Counted from the first letter of the stretch, positions 17,891 to 28,836 are shown. The stretch is DNA of 64,000 bases from an uncultured Methanosarcinaceae archaeon (GCA_963847185.1 CAWJYV010000010.1:480001-544000), one strand, 5' to 3'. Notes: generated from the letters alone by a model not told the origin. Program-made: numbers and translations.

Positions 17891-20800
17891 TTACTCAACA
17901 AAATAAATCATTTCGTTAGGCATAAGAGTCAGTTCATTATTTTCTATTCCTGCCTGCACAAGCTTTTCAATCTTTTCCTTTGTATTTTTACGCGTAGTCC
18001 TTATTCCAAGTACTCTTGAAGTCTGCACAATCAGATCTTCAAGAGGAGTTGAATACTGGGAATTAAGAACAAAACTTACAGCTTCTTTTATTTCCTCGTC
18101 ACAAACCCACTCAATTTTCGCATATGTATCCCCATCACGCCTGCGCAGGAGACAGGCTGGTTCCGAAACAGGCCAGTAGAACTCACCTTCTACCCTGATT
18201 TTTCCGGATTTTTCGGCAAATGCCGCTGCATCAAATATTCTCTGTTTGACTTTGCCAAGCATGCGAGTAACCCCTGTATTGGATTTTATCCTCTGGACCA
18301 GGGCTTCCGCATGAATAGGACCTTCATACTCTACAATACTTATTACTGTCTCCTCAAGCTGTTTATCTGAAAACTCAGAAAGGTCTCCTGACTGCGGGAG
18401 GCCTGAAGATGGACAGAATCTGTAAAGGGGAACTCCAGCCTCAAGAGAGTTATATTTCTCGGGCAGCTTTTCAGACCCGTTTGCACTTGAAGGCAGCTCT
18501 ACCGTCCTGGCAGTATCATCAGACAGGAATTCAGAACTATCTTCCATATAGGATTCACCCTCATCAGCTGTTAAAGGAGCTAATTTTGAAGAGGTATCAG
18601 ACTCAGTTTCTGCTTTAAGGTCAGAACCAGAATAAGATTTGGCTTTGGAAGCAAATTCAACTCCCTGTTCAATGCCTGGCTCAAGTTCGGATTCTATTTC
18701 TGGTATAATTTCCGGTTCCGACCTCCAGGTATTATCTGCATAGTTATCTTCTTCGGAATAAAGCTCTGGCTCGGAATATTCTCCAGAACCGTAAATATAA
18801 GCGAACTCGTTCAACCTCCTGCTTTTCCTTCTCTTCTCAGTACCTGCACTGAAATCGATCTCAGGATAGGCCTGGAAAAAGCTCATCTTTTCAGGTTCGG
18901 GTTCAGGTACAAGTTTTGAAGGGTCCTGCTCTTCGGAACATGGATCTACCTTGAATTTAAGGATTTTTGATTTCCCTGACCTTCTAACAGGTTTTTTGCG
19001 AGAGTTTTCATCTGCCAGCATAGCCATAGATTCGGCTTTTAAAGCCATTTCTGGCAGGAAATCCGGATTTGAGGGGGCTGTAAGTCCCTCCTCCAGCTTG
19101 AAAGAAGGATAGGAATCTTCGGTTTCGGCCGCAAAGGAAGAATCCGGAAAAGATTTCACTTTAAAGAATTCAGGTCCAGGTTTTTCTCTTGCTTCACTCT
19201 CAAGACCAGAAATAGACAGGACCGGACTTTCAGGAGAGGCAGGGATTGCAGAGGAAGCAGGAACTGCAGGTAATTGAGGGATAACAGGTGAAATAGGAAC
19301 TGTGGATGAAACAGATACTTCAGGTAAACTCGAGGACATTCCTGCAGGACTTTTGCTTGCAGATTCCGCCCAGACACGAGGCTCGTGAATAACCGGAACC
19401 TCAGATTTGGGCTCGGATTTGGCCTGCATTTCAGCCTGCTTTACAGCCCCTTTTACAGCCTCAAGCAGTCTCTCTTTACTTTCTTTCGGGTGTAGATACC
19501 AATCCGTTGACCATACCCTGTAGATCTTCCAGCCCAGCCCTTCGAGCACCTGCTGGCGCAAACGGTCGCGATCCCTTGCAACATGCGAAGTATAGTAACC
19601 TGCTCCATCGCACTCAATTCCGAGCACGTATCTGCCGGAGTGAACCGGATCCGGGACTGCAAGATCAAGCCTGTATCCGGCACAGCCGATCTGCCTGTGG
19701 ACTTCACAGCCACCCTCTGTCAGGAAATTCGAGACTGCTTCTTCGAAATGGGAATTGAAATCTTCCTTACTGCATGCAGGAGAAGGAAGCTTCCCGCTTT
19801 CTGCAAACTCAAGGAAGACTTTCAGGGACTTTAGCCCGAAAGGTGAATTTTCATCAAGATTCAGGTCCCTTGATGTAAAGTTTGCAAAGACCACACATTT
19901 TTCCCTGGCTCGTGTAATAAGAACATTCAGGCGCCTTTCTCCTCCTTCACGGTTAAGGGGGCCAAAGTTCAGGGAGAGCTTCCTGCTGTTATCAAAGCCG
20001 AAACCTACGCTCAGAAGAATAACATCCCTTTCATCACCCTGAATTGTTTCAAGATTCTTTACGAAGAAATGCTCACCTCTGTCATTTCCGGAATTCAGTT
20101 CAAATCCTGGGTTTACTTTGAGAAGAGCCTCAATCTCTTCCTGGATAGCTTCCTGTTGTTTTATGTTAAAAGTCCCGACCCCGAGACTTTTGCCAGGATA
20201 CCTGCTAAAGTGTTCGAAGACAGCCCTTGCAACTGCCCTTGCTTCTACTCTGTTGGCTCCACTCTTGCCTCTATCATACACAGCATCAGGAAGATGTACA
20301 AATTTCAGCCCAAGCTTTTCATCTTTCTGCATGGGAGAGGGATAGACATAGAGGCGGTTATCATAAAACTCCTGATTTGAAATTGCAATCAGGGACTCAT
20401 GCCTGCTCCTGTAATGCCAGCGCAGGGTCTTAACAGGGAAACTGCGCTTGCAGACATTCAGGATGCTTTCCATATCCCCTGCAGAAGCACGGTCATCCGG
20501 CTCGCTTTCAGGAGAATCAAGGACAGTATCGAAGAAATCGGTAGGTGGGAGCTGTTTTGAATCCCCCATCACCACGACCTGCTTTCCGCGCAGGAGGGCC
20601 CCGACAGCATCTTCAGGTCTGACCTGGCTGGCTTCGTCAAAAATAATTACATCAAAACGAGTGCTTCTGGGGTCAAGGTACTGGGCAATGGAAAGCGGGC
20701 TCATTAAGAAACAGGGCTTGATTCTCTGAATCAGGCCTCCTGCCTTTGTCATGAGGGCGCGGATGGGCATATGTCCCCTTTTTCTGTTAAACTCATTGAG

Positions 20801-23542
20801 CAAAATTCCGGCTTCTGATGCCCTTGATGCTCCGAATGTCAGTTTAGGAGCTTCCTCATAAGCAGAACAGATAATTCTTTTTCTGTTTTCCAGAAGAACT
20901 TTTTTGTCAAGCTCCGTGAATTTGTTAATTTTGCCTTCATGCATCTCCCGGATAAAAGTAGAAAGTGCAGGTCTTTCTTTAAAGGCACGGTGCAGGAGGA
21001 GCTCGGCATAATTTCCTTCAAAAACAGGGATCATATCACAGGCTTCTATTTTACCTGTCTCAATATCTTCCATCATTGGAGATGCTTTTGTTTCCAGACA
21101 GGCCTGTCTGTATCCGAGATACTGACTCCAGAATACCAGGGAAGAAGTGTCGGTTTTCCATTTGCTTACACGGGATTTAAACTGGCTTACTTTTATGTTC
21201 TCGAGATTGTTACCAAACATTTTCCCGAAATTTGCCCCTATACGAGCTCCAACTTTTTCAAGGGACGTCAAAAACACCTGCTTTGCGGTATTAACCTCAC
21301 TTATTGCAGATTCGAGTGCAACCTTATCGATCCCGAGTCCTGCAAGTCTGACAATCCTGTCAGTAAATATATTTTCCTTTATGTACTTATTGAAAAGAAT
21401 TATCCACTCCACATACTCTTCCAGAAGGACAGGATCGCTTTCAAAGCCTTTCCAGTAATCCCGGAAGTATTTTTTGCCCTTCGTCTCAGCTCCCTCGAGT
21501 TCCAGTCTGCGGACTTCACATTCGGAAATGCAGGCGAGGTCAAGCAGGATTCTATTATCCTGGGAAGGAACCTCTGAGATGTAACAGGCTGAAATTTCTT
21601 TTTTGAGCTTTCTATATCCGGGATTCAGGATTTTGAGAAACTTGCGGGACAATTCCTCGAATCCTGAAGTATTAAGGTTAAAAATCGAAGGGTGAAAAGT
21701 CCTTTCTACAAAAGTTTTCAGTTCTCTGTACTGCCTGAGTTTCGAAATAAGAGCTTCTGCTTCAGCAATTGAGGAATCGGATTCCCATTCCTGACTCCTG
21801 AGCATTTCTTCAGGCAGAGGTTTTGAGGCTTCGAGAAGTTTTGCGGCATCGATTACAACCTTAATTTCCTCCAGAGTATGGGGCTTTGAGGTTGCAGAAA
21901 GGTCATTGAGAGTTTTTATGGCTGTTTCCAGAGCTTCAAAAGCAGCAGCACATTCATCTGTGAGAGGTTCGATTTCCCCAAGATCCGAAGGCAGTACAAG
22001 CCCCGGCTCACAGCCATACCAGGGATTTTTTCTGGCCGGCCCGAGGATAGGAAGTACCTGTCCAATTTTTTCTAAAACAGATTCCGCTTCAGTCCAGGTT
22101 TCAGGCCCCCAGTTCTCAGGCTCCTGAAATTCATAACGAGGCATTTTCAAGCCCTTTGCCTCAAAATAAGCCCTTGTCTTTTCTCTTACTCCGTAGAGAG
22201 CATATAAGCTGGGATATAGAGTACCTGCAGGTTTTCCAAGAGACACAGCATACTCGTTAAGTTCCTGTTTCAGCTTTTCGAGTTCGTTTAAGTCCCTGTC
22301 AGGGCTTATAGGGGCAGGAGCTGCACGGTTCAAAGTTTTATCCAGTTCTTCAAGTACTGCCTTTTTCCGTGTCTGGTTGCTGTGAATCTCAAGGCAGAGC
22401 TCTCCCAGACCTGCAGTATCCAGCCTGCTCTTTACTACCTGAAGGGCAGCCATTTTTTCGCTCACGAAAAGTACACTTTTGCCCTGGGCCATCAGTTCTG
22501 CAATTGTATTTGCAATTGTCTGAGATTTTCCTGTTCCTGGAGGCCCCTCGACAACAAGATCTTTTCCGGCCTTTACATCTTCAATGACCGCTATCTGGGA
22601 GGAGTCGGCATCCATTATATGATATGTATCTTTTGCTGACAGCTTCAGATCAACTTCTTCTTCCAGAAAACCTGAGACCTCACACTCTGGATCCTGGGGA
22701 TTAAAGATTCTCTGGATTAGAGGATGCTCTGCTGGAGACATATCCTCAGGCCAGGTTGCAGGATCAAGGTCCTTGTACATGACAAACTTTCTAAAATTGA
22801 AAAGGTCAAGGCAAACTTCAGGAAGAAGTTGCCAGTCCTTTTTTTCATGGACTGCCGTGGAGACAGCATTGAGATAGTCCTCAATTCCTGCCGCTTCTTC
22901 AGGCATCTCAAACTCCTGGATCTGGATCCCGAATTCTTTCATTTTTGCCTGCAGGGTAATTGAGGTGAATACCTCATCTCCTGTCCACTGAATACTGAAG
23001 TTTCTGCCTTTTCCTATCCTTTTGAGCTCAACAGGAACCAGGAGAAGAGGAGCCTTGGGATTTTTTACGGAAGATTTACTTTCACTCCATTGCAGAAAAC
23101 CCATTGCAAGATAGAGTACAGGGTACCCCTGTTCTTCAAAGATAGAATTAGCCTGGTTAAAAACATAAAAAAGTTTTCTATCAAGGGTATCACTGTCATC
23201 AGGAGTATCCAGAAAAGTTTCAGATCGGGAACTTTGAGGTTTAGCATCTTCTTCGGAAAGCAGAATTTTCCCTATAGTTTTCAAAAGCCTGCTTTCATTT
23301 TCTGCTTCATTCTCTTCTTCCTCCCCATTTTCGGCTTTTCTGCCTTTTTTGGGCTTTGCTTTTGCCCTGAACCTCATTGATTTTTCCTGGAGAACAAAAA
23401 ACTCATAAACTTCCTCAGGAGTTCTTCCTGCAATTGAGATTGTTCTTTTCTGGGAAGGACGATAATTAAGAAGGTTATTTCGAAGAGACAGATCAAGCAA
23501 ATTCTGTCTCAGTGCTTCTAAGTCCCTGACTACATCTACCAT
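17891..23542 (-). CDS. DUF4011 - SF1 helicase - Vsr/MTES_1575-like nuclease - DUF3320 protein (Hhe-like candidate defence protein)
   Basis: LLDLSLRNNLLN N-terminus; EGPPGTGKSQTI Walker A; FDEASQ; GDSKQLPPT; HYRSRHE; IQGDERD; RRLNVLITRAR; GIECDG..Y...ARDRDRLRQQVLEGLGW.IYRVWS; IVEYEGPIH. Confidence 0.88.
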   Translation of the reverse strand: MVDVVRDLEALRQNLLDLSLRNNLLNYRPSQKRTISIAGRTPEEVYEFFVLQEKSMRFRAKAKPKKGRKAENGEEEENEAENESRLLKTIGKILLSEEDAKPQSSRSETFLDTPDDSDTLDRKLFYVFNQANSIFEEQGYPVLYLAMGFLQWSESKSSVKNPKAPLLLVPVELKRIGKGRNFSIQWTGDEVFTSITLQAKMKEFGIQIQEFEMPEEAAGIEDYLNAVSTAVHEKKDWQLLPEVCLDLFNFRKFVMYKDLDPATWPEDMSPAEHPLIQRIFNPQDPECEVSGFLEEEVDLKLSAKDTYHIMDADSSQIAVIEDVKAGKDLVVEGPPGTGKSQTIANTIAELMAQGKSVLFVSEKMAALQVVKSRLDTAGLGELCLEIHSNQTRKKAVLEELDKTLNRAAPAPISPDRDLNELEKLKQELNEYAVSLGKPAGTLYPSLYALYGVREKTRAYFEAKGLKMPRYEFQEPENWGPETWTEAESVLEKIGQVLPILGPARKNPWYGCEPGLVLPSDLGEIEPLTDECAAAFEALETAIKTLNDLSATSKPHTLEEIKVVIDAAKLLEASKPLPEEMLRSQEWESDSSIAEAEALISKLRQYRELKTFVERTFHPSIFNLNTSGFEELSRKFLKILNPGYRKLKKEISACYISEVPSQDNRILLDLACISECEVRRLELEGAETKGKKYFRDYWKGFESDPVLLEEYVEWIILFNKYIKENIFTDRIVRLAGLGIDKVALESAISEVNTAKQVFLTSLEKVGARIGANFGKMFGNNLENIKVSQFKSRVSKWKTDTSSLVFWSQYLGYRQACLETKASPMMEDIETGKIEACDMIPVFEGNYAELLLHRAFKERPALSTFIREMHEGKINKFTELDKKVLLENRKRIICSAYEEAPKLTFGASRASEAGILLNEFNRKRGHMPIRALMTKAGGLIQRIKPCFLMSPLSIAQYLDPRSTRFDVIIFDEASQVRPEDAVGALLRGKQVVVMGDSKQLPPTDFFDTVLDSPESEPDDRASAGDMESILNVCKRSFPVKTLRWHYRSRHESLIAISNQEFYDNRLYVYPSPMQKDEKLGLKFVHLPDAVYDRGKSGANRVEARAVARAVFEHFSRYPGKSLGVGTFNIKQQEAIQEEIEALLKVNPGFELNSGNDRGEHFFVKNLETIQGDERDVILLSVGFGFDNSRKLSLNFGPLNREGGERRLNVLITRAREKCVVFANFTSRDLNLDENSPFGLKSLKVFLEFAESGKLPSPACSKEDFNSHFEEAVSNFLTEGGCEVHRQIGCAGYRLDLAVPDPVHSGRYVLGIECDGAGYYTSHVARDRDRLRQQVLEGLGWKIYRVWSTDWYLHPKESKERLLEAVKGAVKQAEMQAKSEPKSEVPVIHEPRVWAESASKSPAGMSSSLPEVSVSSTVPISPVIPQLPAVPASSAIPASPESPVLSISGLESEAREKPGPEFFKVKSFPDSSFAAETEDSYPSFKLEEGLTAPSNPDFLPEMALKAESMAMLADENSRKKPVRRSGKSKILKFKVDPCSEEQDPSKLVPEPEPEKMSFFQAYPEIDFSAGTEKRRKSRRLNEFAYIYGSGEYSEPELYSEEDNYADNTWRSEPEIIPEIESELEPGIEQGVEFASKAKSYSGSDLKAETESDTSSKLAPLTADEGESYMEDSSEFLSDDTARTVELPSSANGSEKLPEKYNSLEAGVPLYRFCPSSGLPQSGDLSEFSDKQLEETVISIVEYEGPIHAEALVQRIKSNTGVTRMLGKVKQRIFDAAAFAEKSGKIRVEGEFYWPVSEPACLLRRRDGDTYAKIEWVCDEEIKEAVSFVLNSQYSTPLEDLIVQTSRVLGIRTTRKNTKEKIEKLVQAGIENNELTLMPNEMIYFVE

Positions 23543-23606
23543 AAAAATACCAGGCCCTTTAAAATAATGAATACTTCAAACAGTGAATAATTTCAATAAC
23601 AATTAT

Positions 23607-23685
23607 TTTCAAATGATGAAACTTTCAAATGATGAATACTTTCAATACCATAATTTTCAAATGATGAATACTTTCAAATAATGAA
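23607..23685. repeat. direct repeats TTTCAAATGATGAA x4 upstream of the helicase gene
   Basis: Copies at 23607, 23623, 23655 and 23672 (last has 1 mismatch). Confidence 0.8.
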
Positions 23686-23946
23686 TAAATATATTATGAT
23701 TGATAAGAATGCAGGATATTTAAATAAATTTTGATATGTTCTGCCGGAAACAAAATTTTGAATATAAAAGAAATATACGTCGGATGGTTAAGAAAACCTC
23801 AGAAAATAATGCATTTTAGGACAATACATTCAAGAATAATTTCTTCTTATACTTGAGAACTTTCTTGCTTATTAGACTTAACGGTTTATTACATTTTTAT
23901 CTATACCATCTTTCCAGTTTTTCCCTTGCAGAGAGTATCTTCACGT

Positions 23947-24828
23947 TTAGCTCTCCTCTCCAAGGCTCACAAGAAAAGAGCTGGAAAGAATAAGAAGGCA
24001 ACCAATCAGAGTTTCGACAGAAATAGGGTCTTTCAAAATAAGAGATGCGAAAAAGATTGTACTTACCGGCTCAAGGAGGGAAATTATACTTGCATTCTGG
24101 GCTCTGACATGAACAAGCCCTGTAAAGTAAAGAATTGAACCCAGGGAGGTGATCATTATCCCCAGAAACAGCAGAACAGGCAGGTTTTCAATGAGGGAAG
24201 CTATAGATGCCTGCCATACAAAAGGGATTAAAAACACAAGCGTTACCCCGGTTGAGATAAAAAGCTGCTCAAGGCCTGAATATTCGTCCCTGAGATAGCG
24301 AGAAGTCATGATAATACAGGCGTAAAAGAAACCTGCAAAAAGTCCCATCAAAACCCCGAAAAGGTATCCTGATTCAAGACCTGTCTGGCTGAAATCAAGG
24401 TTTTCCGGACCTACAACGATCACTATACCCAGAAGTGAAATAATAAGAGCAGCAAGGCTTTTTCCACCGGGTTTTTCTTTCAACAGGACAGGGGCAATAA
24501 GTAAAATGTAAAGCGGAGCGGTATAAAGCAGGAGCACCGACATAGAGACATTTGTGAAGCTCACGGCTGTATAATAAGAGATCATTACACCTGCATGCCA
24601 GATCCCAAGAAGAATAAGGGCTTTTCTTTTTCCTCGAAGCCGAATTCCTGAGAACTTTCCTGTTGCTGCCATATAAGCCGCAAGGGCAAGAAAACCAAAC
24701 AGTAACTGGTAAAAAACCACAGGCCCTTCAGCCATATTATTTATGAAAAGGAAAAAAATTCCCGCAAATCCGTAAATAACGGATGCAGCAACTACCTGGA
24801 CATTTGCTCTTATGTACTCCGGCTCCAT
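23947..24828 (-). CDS. EamA/DMT family transporter
   Basis: SVLLLYTAPLY and ASIISLLEPVS motifs; about 10 TM segments. Confidence 0.9.
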   Translation of the reverse strand: MEPEYIRANVQVVAASVIYGFAGIFFLFINNMAEGPVVFYQLLFGFLALAAYMAATGKFSGIRLRGKRKALILLGIWHAGVMISYYTAVSFTNVSMSVLLLYTAPLYILLIAPVLLKEKPGGKSLAALIISLLGIVIVVGPENLDFSQTGLESGYLFGVLMGLFAGFFYACIIMTSRYLRDEYSGLEQLFISTGVTLVFLIPFVWQASIASLIENLPVLLFLGIMITSLGSILYFTGLVHVRAQNASIISLLEPVSTIFFASLILKDPISVETLIGCLLILSSSFLVSLGEES

Positions 24829-24895
24829 GACCCCTGCAAATAAGAGTTTCTGTTAAATAAGGCTTTCTTGGGCTGAATACGGATTACTTCTTTTC

Positions 24896-25657
24896 TCATG
24901 AAAGGGATGAGTCAGGCTTTGAAAGCTTATTTTTCACTCCAAGTATCCTTACAATCACCAGGCTGATCTCAAAAAAGATTACCATTGGCACGGTAACCAT
25001 GAGCAGGCTAAAAACATCAGTGCCGGGTGTAACTGCAGCTGCAATAAACATTACAATGATATATATGTGCTTGCGGTAGGTCACAAGAGTATCATATTTA
25101 ACAAATCCGTTTCGGGTCAGGAAAGTGAGCACTATCGGAAGCTCAAAGACCAGCCCGAAAATAGCTGTGGTTGTTGCTATAAATGAAATAAACTTAAAGA
25201 TTGAATAAGTAGCAGTTACCCCAGAACTTTCTGCATCCATATAGAGGAACTTAAGAAAGAGAGGCAACATTAAGAAGTAAGAATATGCAGCCCCAAGAGC
25301 AAACATAATTATAACTGCTATGCTGAGGAAAATAAACTGGCCTTTTCCAATGGATATTGGAATTTTAATTGAATACCTTCTCGAAATGGCCCTATAAGTA
25401 TAGAATGCAATAATAGGCAGGGTAAAGAGGAGCCCTATTATGATAGAGAGTTTTAACTCCAGCATCATTACTTCGAGAGGAGATACATAAACCAGTTTTG
25501 CACCTTCCGGCAGGAGGTCAGTTTTCATTCTCCCGATCAGAGGACCAGTAAATTGGAAAGAGACAATAACGCCTGTGAGAAGAACCGCAGCTATCACAAG
25601 CAATTTATTTCGCAGGGTCACTAAGATTGCACTTAAATTTTCAATAGCTTCAGACAT
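24896..25657 (-). CDS. tatC: twin-arginine translocase subunit TatC
   Basis: LVYVSPLEV, FGLVFELP and AAVTPGTD..S motifs. Confidence 0.88.
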   Translation of the reverse strand: MSEAIENLSAILVTLRNKLLVIAAVLLTGVIVSFQFTGPLIGRMKTDLLPEGAKLVYVSPLEVMMLELKLSIIIGLLFTLPIIAFYTYRAISRRYSIKIPISIGKGQFIFLSIAVIIMFALGAAYSYFLMLPLFLKFLYMDAESSGVTATYSIFKFISFIATTTAIFGLVFELPIVLTFLTRNGFVKYDTLVTYRKHIYIIVMFIAAAVTPGTDVFSLLMVTVPMVIFFEISLVIVRILGVKNKLSKPDSSLS

Positions 25658-26247
25658 ATAGAGTACCTATCCGGAAAGCAAAAGGAAATTCGTTATCCTA
25701 TTTCAAGGAGCTCTTATCCATTGCAGGAATTTATATCATCAACTTTCCTTTTCCTATTTTGTTTTTTCCTTTCAGTTTTGTCCAGTTTCTTCAATTTCAA
25801 TTATTTCAACTTTTTTTCTAAAATTGCCAGTATTCGGAAGAGCACTTATCAACCAATCAGGTTATATTAAAAATCATACTATTATCTTAATTAGATTATA
25901 TTATATATTTATTATCTTAATTAGGTTATATTAAGCATATTACTATCTTAACTGAATCATACTATAATGATTTAAATAGCATAAATATTCAGGTATGTAA
26001 CGTAACTATCAGGCATTATACGTATATAGTGGATATGTATTGTTGAAGAGAGAATTCAAGACAATTGTGAGTAAGCTAGATTGCGAGATAAGCTAGATTG
26101 CAAGGTGCTGCACAAAATATGTATGTACAAGATATTGGAATATCTTCAGAGGTTTTGGAATATTTTCAAAGGAGCTTCCAGGTTCAGAATCAATAATATA
26201 TTCCGATATTAATATATTTAGGTACGTGTAAGTAAGAGCGGAAAAAA

Positions 26248-27024
26248 ATGGACTCACAACAAACAGGTAATATAACCCCTTCAGGAAATGTGTCTGAAAA
26301 GAATTCATTCGCATCCGGTGTCCCTGGAGATATGGAAGAACCCGTTATGGCCCACCTGTTCGAGCTCAGGAACCGGCTGGCAATCGTTTTAATCTGGCTC
26401 TTTATAGGGATAGTTGTTGCCTTTCCATTTTCGGCAAAAGGAATGTTACTTATCTGGAAGGAATTCATAGGTCCTGGCCTGATAATGACATCATACTCCC
26501 CTCTTGAATGGACCTTTGCCCGCATCAAGCTCTCCCTGGTCTTTGCCCTTGCAATTTCGATTCCATTGTCCTTTTATCAGCTTTACAGATTTGCAGCTAA
26601 AGGGCTATATCCGAATGAAAGGCGCTTTTTCCTTAAAGTTATTCCTGCATCTTTCTTGCTTTTCATCTTAGGAACTGCAATAGGTTACTTCCTTGTCCTG
26701 CCTGCGATGTTCAAATACATTCTCTTCTACTCGGGAGATGTGGCTACAGCCCAGCTTTCAGTCCAAGATACCCTATCAGCCGTGACCACAATTCTGATAG
26801 GCTTCGGGGTTGTTTTCCAGCTTCCCCTTCTTGTAGTCTTTGCAGTGAAAATGGGACTTGTACAGTATCAGACCCTCAAAAAACAGAGGATTCTTATCTA
26901 CAGCGCAATTATGGCGTTCTCCCTTTTCCTTACCCCTGACCCGACTTTTATTGCCCAGCTTGTTGTAGCGCTTTTGCTGGCAGTCCTCTTTGAGTTCAGC
27001 TTGTTACTGATCCGGCTATTTTAA
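26248..27024 (+). CDS. tatC: twin-arginine translocase subunit TatC
   Basis: HLFELRNRL, GLYPNERR, FGVVFQLP and LTPDP motifs. Confidence 0.92.
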   Translation: MDSQQTGNITPSGNVSEKNSFASGVPGDMEEPVMAHLFELRNRLAIVLIWLFIGIVVAFPFSAKGMLLIWKEFIGPGLIMTSYSPLEWTFARIKLSLVFALAISIPLSFYQLYRFAAKGLYPNERRFFLKVIPASFLLFILGTAIGYFLVLPAMFKYILFYSGDVATAQLSVQDTLSAVTTILIGFGVVFQLPLLVVFAVKMGLVQYQTLKKQRILIYSAIMAFSLFLTPDPTFIAQLVVALLLAVLFEFSLLLIRLF

Positions 27025-27155
27025 TTCCAATTTTGAGAATTTTGCGGAATAAGTTTCATCAAAAGAACCTTCTTTTTTAAGAAATTTCCACTTAAAGCCT
27101 GTCTACGTACTGTTTTAAAAGAATTTTTATATTTGGTTGCTGATAATAGCCAGCA

Positions 27156-27518
27156 ATGATAGGTTCCACTGAACTACTCGTAATCGCAATCGCTGCCCTC
27201 TTCCTCTTTGGACCTCAGAAGCTCCCTGAGCTTGCACGGTCTCTCGGGAGTGCAGTAGGGGAGTTTAAAAAAGCTCAGCGTGCCGCTGAGCTGGAACTTA
27301 CGGAATTTGATGCCTACACCCGAAAAACTGGAAATAAAGCCAGTGAAAAAGAGGAAGAAAAGGAAAAACTTGAAGTTAGCCCCACAGAAAATGGGAACGA
27401 AAAAAAAGATAGTGAAAACAAAAATAGGGAAGTAAAGGCCAATCCGCTGAGTGCGCTGGAATGTAGATCCTCTATTCCTGAGCAGGAAAAAACTCCTGAC
27501 AATCAAATACCGAAATGA
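27156..27518 (+). CDS. tatA: TatA/E family subunit
   Basis: MIGSTELLVI..ALFLFGPQKLPELARSLG.AVGEFKKA. Confidence 0.92.
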   Translation: MIGSTELLVIAIAALFLFGPQKLPELARSLGSAVGEFKKAQRAAELELTEFDAYTRKTGNKASEKEEEKEKLEVSPTENGNEKKDSENKNREVKANPLSALECRSSIPEQEKTPDNQIPK

Positions 27519-27746
27519 AATAAATATAAACTCTGAAAAAGCAGAATAAAAAAACTTAAATAATATAAAATACTCCAGATAATAGTGCAAAATAGAAACT
27601 TTATATAATATGAAAAAGCTTAGCCTAAATTAAAGATATTCAGGTTATTCATTTAAATAGTCAGATATTTTTGCATCATTTACATAGCAATTATTATCGC
27701 TAAAAGTTCAACGTCATTAAGAAAACGAAAAGCTTGAGGTCCAGCC

Positions 27747-28058
27747 ATGATAGGCACACAAGAACTTGCAATAATTTTTGGAATAGCTGTACTTCTTTTT
27801 GGGGCAAGCAAACTTCCGGAACTGGCCCGTTCCATGGGAAGCTCTGTAGGAGAATTCAAAAAAGCCCAGAAAGAATCCGAAAAAAGTCTTAAAGAATTTG
27901 AGAAAACGCTAACTGAGCCGACGCCAGCCCCAAAGAAAACCAAGGTGCAGGAAACAGCTGAAAAACTTGGAATTGATATAAAAGGCAAGACCGACGAGCA
28001 GCTTCTTGAAGAAATCCAGAGGCATGCCGAGAGGCCAAAAGAAGTTTCAGAACCATGA
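27747..28058 (+). CDS. tatA: TatA/E family subunit
   Basis: MIGTQELAII..VLLFGASKLPELARSMG..VGEFKKA. Confidence 0.92.
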   Translation: MIGTQELAIIFGIAVLLFGASKLPELARSMGSSVGEFKKAQKESEKSLKEFEKTLTEPTPAPKKTKVQETAEKLGIDIKGKTDEQLLEEIQRHAERPKEVSEP

Positions 28059-28268
28059 AAAAAGCCTGAAGGATAAGCTTTTCTTTTCGCTAGATTTTGC
28101 TCAATTATCTATTGGAATTTTTCATAGTTTGATCGTATATTTTATATTTTATATTTTCTCATTTTCTCATTTTCGGTTTTCAGATTTGTTTTAACCGAAA
28201 ACTTTTTTGAGTTTAATTTTAAATAAATTGAAAAAGCCAGCTTAATAAGGAGGCCTTTTCTGGTAGAA

Positions 28269-28781
28269 ATGATCATCGAAGTTGACAAAAACGATAATTT
28301 TCTTGGTTTGCGTGCACGGGAGGAGTTTTATTCGGGGAATCACATCCACAGGGCTTCCCAGTTAATCCTGCTGAATCCTGAAAACAAAATGCTTATCCAG
28401 AAAAGGACACCTCAAAAGAAATGGTATCCGAACCGTTACACATACTCGGTAAGCGGCACTGTGGCGAATGAATCTTATGAAACCTGCATCGAGAGAGAAA
28501 TGCTTGAAGAAATAGGGATTTCAGTTCCGTTCAAAAAATTGTTTAAGATTTCCTGCATCTTCGAAAACGGAGGAGCTTTTCACACTGTATTCTCGGGTAG
28601 ATGCTCTGAAGAGACTTCAAGTCTAATAAGGTTTGATCCTGAAGAAGCAGTTAATATAGAGTGGATAGAACTTGAAGAACTGCACAGAGCTGTTCAAGCC
28701 GAACCTGAAAAGTATACACCTTCCCTTAAAGCAGGAATTTTAAAAATCTTTAGAGAAGGATATGAAAAAGATATTTTTTAA
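28269..28781 (+). CDS. NUDIX hydrolase (IDI type 1-like)
   Basis: HRASQL, IQKR...K..YP, SGTV..ESYE....REMLEEIGI Nudix box. Confidence 0.85.
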   Translation: MIIEVDKNDNFLGLRAREEFYSGNHIHRASQLILLNPENKMLIQKRTPQKKWYPNRYTYSVSGTVANESYETCIEREMLEEIGISVPFKKLFKISCIFENGGAFHTVFSGRCSEETSSLIRFDPEEAVNIEWIELEELHRAVQAEPEKYTPSLKAGILKIFREGYEKDIF

Positions 28782-28836
28782 AGTTTAATATGTTTATAAA
28801 ATTTCATTAAATTTTTACTATTCAATTTCCCTCATA

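Noticed and set aside
24896-28058. Two tatC plus two tatA genes as a novelty
   Set aside because: Duplicated Tat components are common in archaea; nothing unusual in the proteins
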